Origin: an uncultured Dehalococcoidales bacterium
GTDB lineage: Bacteria; Chloroflexota; Dehalococcoidia; Dehalococcoidales; UBA2162
Direction: 5' to 3'
DNA length: 34,590 nt
Assembly (NCBI GenBank): GCA_964543495.1
Contig: CAZIYN010000002.1
Location: forward strand, 621 to 35,210
In this document: in pieces, positions 33,571-34,590 of the stretch
Layout of the letters: every line of letters starts with the position of its first letter
Numbering within the stretch: position 1 is the first letter of the stretch
Position numbers and translations under genes: made by a program
The notes under the pieces: model-generated
Databases searched by the model: none
The model's input: only the letters and a program-made list of their open reading frames with translations
What the model was told of the DNA's origin: nothing

Positions 33571-34590
33571 CTATCTTTTTACAGCCAGTTCGGTTAACTT
33601 GTTTACGTCATCCACTTCCTCGAGGTTTTCCAGCAATTCCACGAGTTTTTCCGCATCTTTTACGCTGACCAGTCTGGAAAACTCCACCTGTTCCATGAAT
33701 TTCGCAATCAAGCCGTCTCTGGATAGAGGCTTATAGGGTTCGCCCAGCGGTCTGTCGACATACTCGGAAATAGTACGACCGTCTTTCATCTTTACCACGA
33801 GTTCAACGCCTTCGGGTTTATCCAGGTACCCCAGCTTTACTTTTTTAATCAGGGCCTGAAGTTTAGGGTCGCTGATTTTTTCCGTGGTATAGTTTTCGTC
33901 CGTGGAGCTTCTTCTGTATAGAGTACTGGCCGCGGCAAAATAAAAACTCCAGAGAGCATTCATAGGAGGATAATCACCGAATATATAGGGTTTGGAATAA
34001 TGTACTGCCGTACAGGTAATCGAAAGGTTCAGGGCAACTTCCTCTATATCGTCGGTGTTGTAATCATATTTGTTGGCAATATTCAGAGCAGTCTCGGTAA
34101 CTATGTTGGTAGGCCTGCCGCCGGGCCATGGTTTGAATACCTGCTCGACATGAAATTTTTTACCCAGACCTTCCATAATCCTTTCACCGCGGTTACAGGA
34201 GGCTAGGCTGGGATAGAAACCACCGCGCTCCCCGAAGAAGGGATTCTTTACTCCGGGCCATCCTGCTTCGGCAAATTGGGCGGCATTAACGCCGTTCCGC
34301 GCCTCTATAGCATTCCAGAACTTAACGCTTACGGTCTCCTCATAACCTCCCCTGGCAATCTGGGCTTTAAAAAACGGGTCGTTCACTCCCAGCCATCCCG
34401 GATTCGCCGCCTGCGCCGTTTCGCCGCTCTTTTTTGCTGCCGGCCTGGTCTGTCTGCCCGGTGCAGCCGGACCGCCCGGGCCGCCCGGTGCCCCTCCTGC
34501 CATCGCTCCACCCCTTCCTATCAGCATGGTAAGACTGAGAGCGTTCCTTATCTGGTCGCTGCTCAAACCCATTATACGACCGTAAATAGC
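33571..34590 (-). CDS. MmgE/PrpD family protein, N-terminus beyond window end
   Basis: The frame stays open to nt 34590 (AIYGRI precedes the listed Met). The C-terminal domain pattern is FKPWPGGRPTN...VKMKDGRTISEYVDRPLGEPYKPLSRDGLIAKF. Confidence 0.7.
   Translation of the reverse strand, partial: AIYGRIMGLSSDQIRNALSLTMLIGRGGAMAGGAPGGPGGPAAPGRQTRPAAKKSGETAQAANPGWLGVNDPFFKAQIARGGYEETVSVKFWNAIEARNGVNAAQFAEAGWPGVKNPFFGERGGFYPSLASCNRGERIMEGLGKKFHVEQVFKPWPGGRPTNIVTETALNIANKYDYNTDDIEEVALNLSITCTAVHYSKPYIFGDYPPMNALWSFYFAAASTLYRRSSTDENYTTEKISDPKLQALIKKVKLGYLDKPEGVELVVKMKDGRTISEYVDRPLGEPYKPLSRDGLIAKFMEQVEFSRLVSVKDAEKLVELLENLEEVDDVNKLTELAVKR

Noticed and set aside
1-34590. A window-wide search for CRISPR repeats, tRNA/rRNA genes, phage structural genes, toxin-antitoxin pairs, reverse transcriptases, TnpB/IscB-type nucleases, and in-frame TGA/TAG recoding in the redox or methyltransferase genes.
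   Set aside because: None was seen. Intergenic gaps are short (the longest is about 235 nt). I noticed no repeated spacer-like units. All recognised enzymes appear as single uninterrupted ORFs. This was manual inspection only, so small ncRNAs cannot be excluded.

Overview
This 34.6-kb window is densely coding, with about 30 protein genes and no rRNA, tRNA or CRISPR array that I can see. It looks bacterial, because it has strong Shine-Dalgarno sites and several TTGACA-17-TATAAT-type promoters. The gene content points to a strict anaerobe, possibly a sediment Chloroflexota/Dehalococcoidia-like or Desulfobacterota-like organism, but that taxonomic guess is only inference.

Gene content in order:
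- A 5'-truncated steroid-5-alpha-reductase-family gene and a PAC2-like gene.
- A signal-less reductive-dehalogenase homologue, divergent from a URO-D-family/DUF1638 pair.
- An Old-Yellow-Enzyme flavoprotein and a DUF169 gene.
- A complete IS6-family element (7085-8801) with a perfect 8-bp target duplication and a passenger membrane-protein gene.
- A Na/Pi cotransporter plus PhoU.
- A MoaD/ThiS-like gene plus a long aldehyde:ferredoxin oxidoreductase (AOR), and a small Fe-S protein.
- glpX, followed by two alpha/beta-fold hydrolases.
- A tightly coupled plus-strand array of about 10 kb (18005-27901). It encodes an FAD oxidoreductase, two FAD-linked oxidases flanking an HdrD/GlcF-type Fe-S/CCG protein, a split phenylphosphate-synthase-like His-swivel phosphotransferase, an atypical HAD-like protein and an unknown protein.
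- A convergent minus-strand set: B12-radical SAM, then bicupin, CapA-like, a second AOR and a PrpD/MmgE-like gene cut by the window end.

I recognise no canonical defence, phage or secretion system. The most unusual material is the two uncharacterised multi-enzyme operons (18005-27901 and 29518-34590), the orphan cytoplasmic RdhA with corrinoid-related neighbours, and the passenger-carrying IS6 element sitting next to the Na/Pi-PhoU promoter. All functional calls come from motif and family recognition by eye. No database search was run.
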